A DNA stretch of 64,000 nt from an uncultured delta proteobacterium. GTDB taxonomy: Bacteria > Desulfobacterota > BSN033 > UBA1163. Under the pieces are notes generated by a model. That model made no database searches, was not told where the DNA came from, and worked only from the letters and a program-made list of their open reading frames with translations. The stretch is from assembly GCA_963820625.1 (NCBI GenBank), contig CAWGAV010000016.1, positions 7,047-71,046 of the forward strand, in the 5' to 3' direction. Positions 39,682-49,705 of the stretch are shown in pieces. Made by a program: the position numbers and the translations under genes. The first letter of the stretch is position 1; each line of letters starts with the position of its first letter.

Positions 39682-41477
39682 ATGAATCTGCAGAAAATCT
39701 ATAAAGGCCGTTTTGGCCTTCTAACTTTATTCTTTTCTATTTTTTTTAGCTCTCTCATTCATTATAAGAACAGTACTTCTCATTAAATCCTGGCCTCTCC
39801 TTGACCAATCTCTATGGCTCTTTATCAAAATTTACGGAATTGGTTTCTTCTATGATGTTTTCACAATGATCTATTTTGCCATCCCATTTGTTCTTTATCT
39901 GATTTTCGTTCCGGATAAAATCTTTCGACACCGTTTTCATCAACCCCTCATTTATCTCGTTTCTTTTATTACGATTTACATAATGGTCTTTGATGGGGTT
40001 GCAGAATATTTCTTCTTTTATGAATTCGGGGCACGGTTTAATTTCATCGCCATCGACTACCTCATTTATACAAGGGAATTAATAAATAATATGAAAGAGT
40101 CGTATCCCCTTCTTCCCCTCTTTCCAGGGATAGCCCCCATATCCTTTTTCATTCTTTTATCTGTTAGAAAATGGCTCGTTCTGCCAATGGAATTTACAAC
40201 CTTTTTACTGCTTTCAAAAATAACCAGATCCATTACAAAACCTTTTATGCCAACCTGGATGACCAGATGGTCTTCAAAAATCTAAAGACATTGTTAGCAG
40301 AGAAAAACAACTCCTTTGCAGCGGATGATATTTTTGATATTACCCAGAAGATAAAGAATTCTGGAAAAGAAAAAAGACTGAATATCGCGGTCATCGTTGT
40401 CGAAAGCCTCAGTGCAGAGTACCTGGGTGCCTTTGGAAATCGAAGGGGCCTGACCCCGAACCTTGATCAACTGGCAGGGGAAAGTCTCTTTTTTACCAAT
40501 TTACACGCTATAGGAACACGGACAGATAGAGGTCTCGAAGCTATCACTCTTTCTGTTCCGCCTACCCCGGGCAGGTCGATCGTGAAACATCCAGACAATG
40601 AGAACATGTTCTCCTGGGGTCTTCTCATGAAGGAAAGAGGCTATGATGTAAAATTTATTTACAGCGGATATGGGTATTTTGATAACATGAACTACTTTTT
40701 CAGCCATAACGGGTTTGAGACCATTGACAGAAAAAACTTTTCTAAAAATGAGATTATTTTTGAGAATGCCTGGGGTGTCTGCGATGAGGACTTATTTAAT
40801 AAGTGTATCAAAGAGTTCGACAGGTCTTTTAAGAAAAATACCCCGTTTTTTGCACTGATACTGACCACATCCAACCACAGACCTTTTACCTATCCCGAGG
40901 GCAGAATAGACATTCCCTCCCAATCGGGAAGAAGTGGGGCGGTGAAATATACGGATTATGCCATTGGCAAATTTATCAGAGACGCAAAGGAAAAGCCGTG
41001 GCTTGAAGACACTCTTTTTGTGATTGTTGCAGACCATTGTGCAAGTTCGGCTGGGAAAACGAAACTCCCTGTGAAAAAATACGAGATCCCCCTTTTCATC
41101 TACTCGCCTGCTCATGTTCCCCCTCAGAGGATTGATAAACTAACCAGCCAGATCGATATTGCTCCCACAGTTTTGGGGCTTTTAAATTTCAATTACAAGA
41201 ATAATTTTTTTGGTAAAGATATTTTAAAAATGGAACCGGACCAGGAAAGGGCATTCATCGGGACTTATGAAAAACTCGGATATATGAAAAAGGACAGACT
41301 AGTCATCCTCGATATTGAAAAAGAGATGAGCCTGTACCAATTTGACAGAAAAACAGGAGAAACAAAAAAATAATCCCCGATCAGAACCTAATCGATGAAA
41401 CCATCAGTTATTACCAAGGAGCCGATTACGTGAATCAAAACCATCTCAATCGGTGGGACCTCAACAAGAAAGATTAA
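39682..41477 (+). pseudogene. LTA synthase / sulfatase family gene with three lesions
   Basis: +1 in T8 (39740-39747), apparent internal deletion with frameshift near 40175, -1 in an A run near 41370; motifs VVESLS, TRTDRGLEA, TTSNHRP, VADH, SQIDIAPT. Confidence 0.8.
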
Positions 41478-41548
41478 GGAAAGTATTTTTGAAGCAATAA
41501 AAATAGGGATCATCCTATTTATAAAAAATGATGAGTCCCTATTTTAAA

Positions 41549-42514
41549 TTACTTAGCCTGGTTGATTGCTGATAATTGCCACGGGTTATTCCCCACCGGC
41601 CGGGTAAATGTCCAGTACTCCTCAAATTTTACGGGTTCTGTCTTGCTGCCTGACACCACCTGACCCGTGGTCTCATCAACCGTATAATCCAATATGTTGG
41701 CGTAGAACCTTACGGTGATGTAATCCCTTCCCGATTCCTGCCAGGCTTCCACAATATCGACCGACCTGACGGCAATATTTTCAAGCTTGTTAATTTTTCT
41801 TTCTGACTTCAATTTCTCTGCATCGTCCTGAATAATTTTGGACATCTCTTCTGTCAATAAGTTTCTTACTCCAGACATATCTCTATTTGCCCAGGCTCCT
41901 TGAATGTTGAAGAAATGATCCATACATAAATCCTGGAATTTCTTTTCATCAAAGGATGAATCCATCTGCCGGATGTAACCCAAACCTTTTCCCAAGTCCC
42001 GCTCTTCTTCACGTGGTTGTTCATAACTCTGCCCATAGGAGGGCTGATAGGAAGGCTCTGCCGTTCCCATTGAACTCTGATAATATGCATTTGCAAGGGC
42101 TGCCTGACGTCTCCTCTTAATGTACCAGTAGACACCAAAGAGTAAAGCACCAATCAGCAAAATCTCAAACAGTCCGATACCACCACTTCCCTCGGCCCCC
42201 AGGTCACCTCCGAATCCCAGGCTTCTGAAAAGCATCCCTCCTAATATTCCACCCATCATACCACCCATCACACCTCTCCAGAGGCTGCTTTGTGGCTGTG
42301 GTGAGGGTTGTGAAAGTGGCTGTGAAGGAGAAGAGGGTTGTGTGGATCTTGGAGTTGAATATGACCCAGGAGGTGTTGAAGACCGAGAGCCTCGGCTACC
42401 CGATGACCTTCCACCACTGACTCTTGCAAAGGCATCCAGTGGCAAAACATAGAAACATAAAAAGTAAAAGATAAAAAGAGCTAAACATCTCTTTGCCCAT
42501 CTATTTTTGAACAT
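41549..42514 (-). CDS. Tim44-domain protein
   Basis: Signal peptide, RGGSS low-complexity N-terminus, GGMMGG, FDEKKF, FEEYWTFTRP..WQLSAI. Confidence 0.85.
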   Translation of the reverse strand: MFKNRWAKRCLALFIFYFLCFYVLPLDAFARVSGGRSSGSRGSRSSTPPGSYSTPRSTQPSSPSQPLSQPSPQPQSSLWRGVMGGMMGGILGGMLFRSLGFGGDLGAEGSGGIGLFEILLIGALLFGVYWYIKRRRQAALANAYYQSSMGTAEPSYQPSYGQSYEQPREEERDLGKGLGYIRQMDSSFDEKKFQDLCMDHFFNIQGAWANRDMSGVRNLLTEEMSKIIQDDAEKLKSERKINKLENIAVRSVDIVEAWQESGRDYITVRFYANILDYTVDETTGQVVSGSKTEPVKFEEYWTFTRPVGNNPWQLSAINQAK

Positions 42515-42558
42515 ACATCCTCCCGGTTAAGGATTTGTTTTTTTGTATTCTAACACCT

Positions 42559-43087
42559 TTAATTTCTATTATACAACCCCGTCAGCTGAGCCCGAGAAAT
42601 GATGTGACCTTCTGACTTTTTCCAGATCTTTTTTGGTTAAATTGGGATTCAGATTGAGAAGGGTATCAAGAGCATAGATTTTAAAAACATACTTGTGAGC
42701 CCGCCTGGGTGGGCAAGGTCCCCCATAATTAGGTTTCTTAAAATCATTCACCTCCTGCACCACTCTTTCAGGAACAGAATTTTCTTTAATCTCTTTTACA
42801 CTTGGATCAATGTTCCACAAAATCCAATGGACATAGGTACCTCTGGGGGCATCGATATCATCAAAGACCAGGGCTAACGATTTTGTATTCGATGGAACAT
42901 TTTCAATCTTAAGGGGCGGATTAACATTTGCCCCATCGCAAGTGTACTTCTTCGGGATCTCTCCACCATTTTCAAAGGCAGGACTGGATACCTTTAATCC
43001 CTCTATCTTTGTTACGCTTTGGCCCATTGCATAGGAAAAAAGAAAAACCTGTAAAAAAACCAAAAAATAGATCAGCAGGCGCTTCAT
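42559..43087 (-). pseudogene. YbhB/YbcL (PEBP) family protein with a C-terminal frameshift near 42614
   Basis: SSPAFENGGEIPKKYTCDG, DDIDAP, YVHW, YGGPCPP; the expected tail EGHIISRAQLTGLY lies in another frame. Confidence 0.75.
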
Positions 43088-43108
43088 TCTCCCTCCAACA
43101 AGTAAAGA

Positions 43109-43232
43109 ACCCCGCCCACAGGGCGGGGCTTTAAAACCCAAATTCTTAAAACCAAGATCCCGAAACAAGTTCGGGATGACAAAAAACGAGAAACAAACCC
43201 TGTTGTCATGCTGAACTCGTTTCAGCATCTGA
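43109..43232. repeat. Cluster of REP-like palindromes
   Basis: CCCGCCCACAGGGCGGGG; AGATCCCGAAACAAGTTCGGGATGAC; GTCATGCTGAACTCGTTTCAGCATCT (the last two are an inverted related pair). Confidence 0.65.
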
Positions 43233-43417
43233 TTTAGTTTTTTTCTGCCTTCGGCAGACACACCTTTCATCCCCGTCCACAGGACTGGGTTTTCAGGTGT
43301 GATCTTAATAAAATGCGTTCAGAATTATAACACAAATCTCCGAACCCATTAAAAAATGGCACATTTACCTTTTTATCGCGGACCTCCCAGCTCTTTTCCC
43401 CTCTTAAACTTCCAATT

Positions 43418-43846
43418 CTATACGGTGCACCGAACCAGAAAGACCGGCTTAGGTGTGTGTCGAATGACTTTCTCTGCCACACTTCCACGGAGAAAACGCT
43501 TGACCCCTCTACGACCATGGGTAGACATTGCAACCAAGTCAATTTCTTTCTGGGCAGCATGATCCAGAATCTCCTCGACCTCATTCCCGTAACGGACATG
43601 GGTATCTACGTCAAATCCTTTGGCTTTGAGGTGTTCCTCCAAACCTTGAAGATATTCTTTCGCCTCCCCGACAACCTTCACCTGGGCATCTGTTTGATCC
43701 ACTCCGGGAAAAGTATGAGCTAATGCAACCCGCAAAAGGCAAATACCTGCCTTCAAATCGGAAGCCAATTCCTCGACCTTGGGGATAATATTTTCTCCAT
43801 ATCTTGATCCATCAAGGGGAACAAGAATCCTTTCGTCCTTTTCCAT
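43418..43846 (-). CDS. Universal stress protein
   Basis: ILVPLDGS, IDLVAMSTHGRRG, GSVAEKVIRH..PVFLV. Confidence 0.93.
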   Translation of the reverse strand: MEKDERILVPLDGSRYGENIIPKVEELASDLKAGICLLRVALAHTFPGVDQTDAQVKVVGEAKEYLQGLEEHLKAKGFDVDTHVRYGNEVEEILDHAAQKEIDLVAMSTHGRRGVKRFLRGSVAEKVIRHTPKPVFLVRCTV

Positions 43847-44204
43847 AAAAATCTCCTCCTTTCAATTCCCTCCCTACCCAAAATTTAATAATTCCAACTT
43901 TAAGTGTCAAACACCAACAAACTAAATTATCCCTCAAATTCAAAAATAAAAGCCCTATAAACCCCTTACTCCCCTTAAGGGAGTGAATCAAGAGGGGCCA
44001 ATAGGTAGAACCATCTCAGAGATTCCTTACCTGCTTTTCTATATTGTTAGTGGTAAAAGGAAAACACCAGAGGCTATAACAGAAAGATACCAGATGTAGC
44101 AATTGTGGCTTCTGACAGGCTTAATTCTTTCACCTACTCGATTATTTCTGAATAATATCGAAAAAAAATCTTGACAAAGGTTTAACGTGTGCACTATATT
44201 ATTA

Positions 44205-44338
44205 GATAATTAGTGAAAAGTTACACAGCCATGTTAACGTGAAACCGAAATTAGTTTCCTAAGACTTTGGGCCCTATATATCTTTTAAACCCCACCTACC
44301 AAACCCCACCCAAGACAAGATATATAGGGCCTTTTTTA
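44205..44338 (+). ncRNA. Candidate small RNA
   Basis: TTGACA(44171)-18-TATATT promoter; 15-bp perfect stem 44270-44284/44317-44331 with a T tract; no ORF. Confidence 0.4.
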
Positions 44339-44613
44339 TTTGAAGATACCCCTTTATCACAGATTTTTTAGGAGTCAAAAAATATCGTGGTATTTCTTCA
44401 TCTTCTTTGCAAAGAAGTGTCACTTTTGTCAATCAAAGAATTCGATTAATTTTATGAATCAACAAATACAAAATGAGGTTTAATGAGGACTAACAATTGT
44501 AAGTTTAAATCTTTAGTATTCAGAGAAACCGTATTGAAAACAACTCCAGAAGGAAGAAGTTAATATTCTATTTAACATTTTCTGTCAGGTGGAGCATCAA
44601 CTTTTACTAGTGA

Positions 44614-45243
44614 TTAATCAGGATTTTCTCGTTGTTTAACGCCGCAGGTTTTTAAGAATCTTTCGAGAGCTTCATAGGGTTGGAATCCCACGGTCGCTCG
44701 ATGATCGACCAAAAAGGTAGGGACCCCTGTGATTCCAAGGGTACGAGAACGCAACCAGTCGGCATCCACAGCTTCCTTAAAGGCTCTTGATTCAAGGGCT
44801 GATCTTGCCTCCTTCTCTGGAAGACCTATCGGTTTCACCAGAGCGATAAGTTCATCCACCTTGCCGATATTTTTACCATCGACAAAATAGGCTCGAAAGA
44901 CGGATTCGTGAAATGGGTCCCCCTTCCCCTTTGATTCTGCCCATTTTGCCAACTCTTGAGCGAGGCGACTGTTGTAGGTTTTTCTCCGCTCACCAAGGGG
45001 CAAACCCAATTCTTCAGCCACCTGTTTCAAACGTGACATGATCTTCTTGATATCTACGGGCTGTCCAGCAAAAAGTTCCTCAAGCGTGAGCCCGCTTTCA
45101 GGCGTCTCGGGATGGAGAGGAAAAGCTGTCCACCGAACTTCAATTTCATAATTCTTCCGCAATGGATCAATACGCACGGTACTGAAATAGCACCACGGTC
45201 AAACATAATCGGAGAATATTTCAAGAATCACTCGCACCACCAT
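44614..45243 (-). CDS. DsbA/FrnE-family oxidoreductase, probable selenoprotein (UxxC)
   Basis: AGGAGG SD; MVVRVILEIFSDYV-UGA-PWCYFST; cis-Pro motif GITGVPTF; UGA (45199-45201) aligns with the first Cys of CPWC. Confidence 0.85.
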
Positions 45244-45344
45244 GGGCTTCTCCTCCTATTTCCTCTTCAATTGAGCCAACTTTTTTATGGATGACACCAA
45301 TGCGATGTTGATTGTTGAGATCTGACCATTCGTGTTTTCTTCTC

Positions 45345-45389
45345 CTTTCTTCAAGAACTTCGTCTGGTATTCTATCTCTGGATATCATT
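45345..45389 (-). pseudogene. N-terminal remnant of the GntR-like gene
   Basis: ATGATATCCAGAGATAGAATACCAGACGAAGTTCTTGAAGAA nearly identical to the leader at 48226-48268. Confidence 0.6.
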
Positions 45390-45412
45390 CCTTTTGCCTA
45401 TCCATTCCATTC

Positions 45413-45604
45413 TCATCCTTCTGTTTTCTTCATTATTTTAGAATCGTATTTCCGAGCCTTATCCTTTCCTAAATTACCTTTAAAATATTCATTGAAACAA
45501 ACAGGACATATTAAATCCTCTCCTACAAACCGACCCAACTTATAAAAAAATGGATAATTTTTTAATTCCGCTCCACAATAATCACAGTAGATTTGGTTTG
45601 CCAT
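45413..45604 (-). CDS. Small CxxC...CxxC (putative zinc-binding) protein
   Basis: YCDYCG...ICPVCF; coupled to the upstream repeat ORF (TAAAATG). Confidence 0.65.
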   Translation of the reverse strand: MANQIYCDYCGAELKNYPFFYKLGRFVGEDLICPVCFNEYFKGNLGKDKARKYDSKIMKKTEG

Positions 45605-45605
45605 T

Positions 45606-45800
45606 TTACTTAGGTATTATCCCCTTTTCATTCTTTCTCTTCATCTCCCTATCCACCACCTTCACCATTTCAAGAAACTTTTCCTTGCTGAATATCCCCT
45701 TTACCACAAGTAGCCTGGTTAGTGCTTCTTGCTAAACTACCTGGGACATGAGGAGTTCTTCGAATGAAACGATTTGTTTGGGGTCAAGGGCGGTTGCCAT
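45606..45800 (-). pseudogene. MATALDPKQ unit, copy A (TAG at codon 23)
   Basis: GGAGG SD; MATALDPKQIVSFEELLMSQVV*QEALTRLLVVKGIFSKEKFLEMVKVVDREMK. Confidence 0.8.
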
Positions 45801-45821
45801 AGAAGCCTCCGAAAAGATCAT

Positions 45822-46859
45822 TTAGTTTGCTTTAAGAAATTTCAATAACTCCTTATGGAAGAGTTCCGGCGCTTCCAGATGAGGGATATGGCCAACGTCA
45901 GGCAATTCAATCAGGGAAGAGTTTGCTATCAGTTTTGCAGTCCTTCTGCCTAATTCCGGGTATTGCCCCACCAAAGAGAGCAGTTCTTTTTTCACTTTTG
46001 CTTTACCGACAACCGTTCTGTCGGATTGCCCAATGACCAGAAGGGTCTTTGACCTGATATATGGAAATTCATAGCAAACGGGTTGTTCGTAAATCATCTG
46101 GGATGTGAGTGCTGAAGACATGGCCAGCCTCGGGTATTCACCGCTTGCTTTCCACCTGAGAAAAACTTGAACATATTCTTCATAGTCAGGCTTCCATTTC
46201 ACATAGTAAGTTTTATGGTAATTCCGAATTCCTTCCTCTGTTGTGTTCAGTTCATTCCGATATGCTTCTTCAATAGGAGTATAGGGCACATATATTCTAT
46301 AGTCTTCCAGACCAATGGGATTCTCGAGGATCAGATGGCTAACCGTCTCAGGATACATGAGGGTAAATCTTGTTGACAGCATTCCTCCCATCGAGTGACC
46401 AACAACCGCAACTTGCGTTATTCCGAGGTTGTCCACAACTTTCTTGGTATTGATTGCTAATAAATGAAAACTATAATGGATATTCGGTTTTGACGATTTC
46501 CCGAAACCGATCTGGTCAGGGACAATCACTCTGAAGCCGTTTTGAGACAAGATATGGATAGTCTCTTTCCAGTAGGCTCCGAAGAAATTCTTTCCGTGTA
46601 AAAGTAATACGGCCATGCCATTTGGGGTTCCTTCAGGTAGTATGTCCATATAGGCCATTCTTAAGTCCTGACCCTCTATGGTAAGGGGAAGTAATTTTAC
46701 CGGGTAGGGATAGTCATAATTTTCCATTGATATGGATAGGGGTATCGTCTCTTGAGCAATTGTGGTGAAGGGCAGTGAGAAGATCCAAATCAATAAGCCG
46801 TAATTCAACATTTTCGTTGACAAACTGACAAAAGCCTGTGTGATACATTTCATGGTCAA
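45822..46859 (-). CDS. Secreted alpha/beta hydrolase
   Basis: LLHGKNF, PDQIGFGKS, GHSMGG, VGHIPH. Confidence 0.88.
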   Translation of the reverse strand: MTMKCITQAFVSLSTKMLNYGLLIWIFSLPFTTIAQETIPLSISMENYDYPYPVKLLPLTIEGQDLRMAYMDILPEGTPNGMAVLLLHGKNFFGAYWKETIHILSQNGFRVIVPDQIGFGKSSKPNIHYSFHLLAINTKKVVDNLGITQVAVVGHSMGGMLSTRFTLMYPETVSHLILENPIGLEDYRIYVPYTPIEEAYRNELNTTEEGIRNYHKTYYVKWKPDYEEYVQVFLRWKASGEYPRLAMSSALTSQMIYEQPVCYEFPYIRSKTLLVIGQSDRTVVGKAKVKKELLSLVGQYPELGRRTAKLIANSSLIELPDVGHIPHLEAPELFHKELLKFLKAN

Positions 46860-47000
46860 TCCCTTTCTTCAAAGCGCTTGATATGTACTAGAATTTTAAC
46901 CATTTGCTGTCTATGGGGTGAAAAAATTTTCATTTCGTTTCACCTCTTAATTCCTCTGTTCCGAGGAGTTATTCGTCCCGCCTGAAAGCCAGCCTCCTTT

Positions 47001-47534
47001 TCACTCATACTTCTCAAAGCAAACTATCTGATTCAGGCTCTTTCTGGATTTTTGCGATGGGGGTTGATTTGGATATCCCAACGGAGTCATGGCCACAACT
47101 CTAACATGTTCTGGAATGCTCAGAATTTTCTTGGTCTCATCCTCTTTAAAGGCGCCGATCCAACACGTTCCCAAACCCAGTTCATAAGCCTGTAGGATCA
47201 TAAACGCACAGGCAATGGATACATCCACCGTATAAGCGGGTTGACCACAGGCCATGATTGCCTTCGATTCCGTCCCGCAAGCAACAATGACGACAGGTGC
47301 TTCCCCGATAAAAGACTGTCCGAAGGCAGCCTTAGCCAGTTTCTTCTTTGTTTCCTTGTTCCTGACAACGATAAATTTCCATTCCTGGCGGTTGCTGGCA
47401 GAAGGGGAAAGTCTTACTGCCTCCAGTATCTTTTTTAGTTTATCCTCTTCGACATCAGTTGCTTTGTAAGCTCTCACACTGCTTCTTTGGCTAATGGCAG
47501 CAAAAACATCCATTTTTTGTTTCCTCCTTGTCAA
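47001..47534 (-). CDS. Nitroreductase family protein
   Basis: [39 protein letters not shown]. Confidence 0.92.
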   Translation of the reverse strand: MTRRKQKMDVFAAISQRSSVRAYKATDVEEDKLKKILEAVRLSPSASNRQEWKFIVVRNKETKKKLAKAAFGQSFIGEAPVVIVACGTESKAIMACGQPAYTVDVSIACAFMILQAYELGLGTCWIGAFKEDETKKILSIPEHVRVVAMTPLGYPNQPPSQKSRKSLNQIVCFEKYE

Positions 47535-47588
47535 CCAAAATCATGTCTCTTGTTAGTAGAGCTATGCCGTGTTTTTAGCATAGATGAG

Positions 47589-47638
47589 GTAAATATCCCT
47601 TTCTCCACAAGCAACCTGGTGAGGACTTCTTGTTCGAC
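47589..47638 (-). repeat. MATALDPKQ unit, copy B (3' half only)
   Basis: Encodes VEQEVLTRLLVEKGIFT. Confidence 0.7.
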
Positions 47639-47670
47639 TGCCTTAAAACGGTTCACCGATTATCTATTTG

Positions 47671-47964
47671 CTATCTTCCCAATATAGTGATTCTTGTGAC
47701 TGCATTCCTCCCCAGTTTATCCTTCACATACTCGACCCTCACCCTGTCTCCAAAGAATGGAATCCTGGAATCAAAATGGGTCCGGTGTCCCATCCAAAAT
47801 ACTGAGACCTTGCCGTCATCTCCTCGAACCTGGATCACAGAGAATTCCGTGCCCACAACCTTGCCATAGTAGATCCTGGGTTCAGCCGAGGCAGGAGTAG
47901 TTAAGAAGGAAAAAACCATTAAGATCCACACTAACACCAAGGTGAAAATAATTCTCTTTCTCAT
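47671..47964 (-). CDS. Exported hypothetical protein (possible OB-fold)
   Basis: Signal peptide ending ASA-EP; beta-rich mature part, GDRVRVEY. Confidence 0.65.
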   Translation of the reverse strand: MRKRIIFTLVLVWILMVFSFLTTPASAEPRIYYGKVVGTEFSVIQVRGDDGKVSVFWMGHRTHFDSRIPFFGDRVRVEYVKDKLGRNAVTRITILGR

Positions 47965-48000
47965 GCCATCCCCTTCATGAAATTTAATCCAAAAATTTTG

Positions 48001-48270
48001 TCAAACAACGAATGGTCCTACTCCATTCTTGCTCATTACCAGTCCATCCTCTTTCAATTGAGAAAATGCGATTGCGACAGTTACTCTGCTCACATCGAAA
48101 TCTTGGGCTATTCTCTCCTGCAATAACCTCTGCCCTTTTTTAAATTTCCCAGAAAGGATCATTCGTTTCAGGTGGGAATACACCTGCTCTGAAGCTAAAC
48201 TCCTACTGAGCTTTTTTGGGAAAGATTTCTTCAAGAACTTCTGCCGGTATTCTATCTCTGGATATCATCA
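48001..48270 (-). pseudogene. GntR-family HTH-only protein with a +1 frameshift in A6 near 48212-48217
   Basis: MMISRDRIPAEVLEEIFPK joins out of frame to ..EQVYSHLKRMILSGKFKKGQRL..VSRVTV; the paralog at 50399 has A5. Confidence 0.7.
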
Positions 48271-48312
48271 CTTCTCCTTCGTCAAATCTAAAAGTTCAAA
48301 TTCTAAACTAAC

Positions 48313-48486
48313 TTATTTGATTTCCCCTTTACAACCATTACAAACATATGGGTTTTCTTCCAAATCATCTGATGTAATAGCACGGTCAATTTCCTTCATA
48401 ATTTCTATGTTCTTATTTATACAATCTATGCAATAGATATTTCCATCTTCAGTGTAATAACCGATTACCTCTTTCTTATTGGTCAT
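48313..48486 (-). CDS. Small CxxC...CxxC protein (57 aa), missed by the ORF track
   Basis: MTNKKEVIGYYTEDGNIYCIDCINKNIEIMKEIDRAITSDDLEENPYVCNGCKGEIK; GGGGAG SD. Confidence 0.65.
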   Translation of the reverse strand: MTNKKEVIGYYTEDGNIYCIDCINKNIEIMKEIDRAITSDDLEENPYVCNGCKGEIK

Positions 48487-48514
48487 TTTTCTCCCCTATT
48501 ATTTAACTCCTTTT

Positions 48515-48684
48515 TTACTTTCTCTTCATCTCCTTATCTACCACCCTCACCATCTTCAAAAACTCCTCCCTTGTAAATATCCCCTTCTCCACGAGTAATC
48601 TGGTAAGGGCTTCTTGTTGGACTACCTGAGGCATGAGAAGTTCTTCAAAGGAGACGATTTGTTAGGGTCAAGGGCAATTGACAT
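48515..48684 (-). pseudogene. MATALDPKQ unit, copy C (1-nt deletion after codon 7)
   Basis: MSIALDP then, out of frame, QIVSFEELLMPQVVQQEALTRLLVEKGIFTREEFLKMVRVVDKEMKRK. Confidence 0.8.
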
Positions 48685-48703
48685 AAAACCTCCTTCACTC
48701 TAA

Positions 48704-49039
48704 TTATTCTCCACTTTCAATCTTCAATAGTGTTTCAGATATATTTTTTATGAGCAAGGCAGCAATTCCCCATACGAAAGGTAACCATAAGGGGATTAAA
48801 TAGAAGGGTTTAGAATATTCCCAAGCCCCAAAATATACTGCTATTGACTCTGCTATAGAGCCAAGGATAAATGCAACAAAATAATAATATAGGTTTCTTA
48901 TCGTATGCCATTTAAAGAGTATAAGTATACTAATAACAGCATAGCAGACCGTTAAAACAACTGGCTTATTCCAAAGGGCTACTACTAATATGAGGGATAC
49001 AACGTATATGGATAATTCAAAAATGAGTTCTTTTTTCAT
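48704..49039 (-). CDS. Small membrane protein (DUF2878-like)
   Basis: Four hydrophobic segments; AESIAVYFGAWEY, IPLWLPFVWG. Confidence 0.65.
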   Translation of the reverse strand: MKKELIFELSIYVVSLILVVALWNKPVVLTVCYAVISILILFKWHTIRNLYYYFVAFILGSIAESIAVYFGAWEYSKPFYLIPLWLPFVWGIAALLIKNISETLLKIESGE

Positions 49040-49070
49040 TGCCTTTAAGATAGTAGCTGAAATTCTTCGT

Positions 49071-49128
49071 GGGACATGAGGAGCTCTTCAAAGGAAACGA
49101 TTTGTTTAGGGTCAAGAGGAATTGCAAT
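49071..49128 (-). repeat. MATALDPKQ unit, copy D (5' half only)
   Basis: Encodes IAIPLDPKQIVSFEELLMS. Confidence 0.75.
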
Positions 49129-49173
49129 AGAAACTTCCTTTGATTCCTATTTGAGACAATACTCCCGAAGAAA

Positions 49174-49533
49174 TCAACAGTTTGTTGAGACCAATTCCCA
49201 TACACCGGACCTTAATGTTATCTTATCAGAGTTGGACTTCCAAGGCCAAAGAACAGCGAATATAACTTCGTTCCCATCTTGCCTATAGAAGAAGGATTGC
49301 TCAATCCGCAAGCCACCCAAAGAATCAACCATTTTCTGAATTTCTATCGGCAGATTTGCTTCTTTTCCAGATTCTTTAACTGCTGGACCTAAATGGTTTT
49401 TTAATAAAGATTTAAGCAAATCAAGGTCCTTCTTGTTAATGACTGCTTCAAGATACTCCAGTCCTTGTGAGTTTGGTCTGATTTCCATCCGGAGATTTTT
49501 TTTAATCTCCTCAATCGGGTTCATCACTTTCAC
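49174..49533 (-). CDS. Hypothetical protein
   Basis: 119-aa ORF co-oriented with neighbours; AVLWPW motif. Confidence 0.7.
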   Translation of the reverse strand: MKVMNPIEEIKKNLRMEIRPNSQGLEYLEAVINKKDLDLLKSLLKNHLGPAVKESGKEANLPIEIQKMVDSLGGLRIEQSFFYRQDGNEVIFAVLWPWKSNSDKITLRSGVWELVSTNC

Positions 49534-49705
49534 CCTATAAAAATTTCTTTGTTACCCCCAATATGTTACCTGTTCAGCACTCTGCCCGTTTAGACCTCCG
49601 AGTGCTGAGCGTGGTCTTGCCAGTTCTTTGTATAGAGTTCAGCCAATTTCTTATCATGGATTACGAGGAGATTTTCAGCATTGTTATCCTCGGCAAGCAC
49701 AGGAA

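Noticed and set aside
43088-43270. N-terminal extension of the YbhB ORF
   Set aside because: It translates REP-like palindromes; the real start is ATG 43087 with a GGAG SD and signal peptide.
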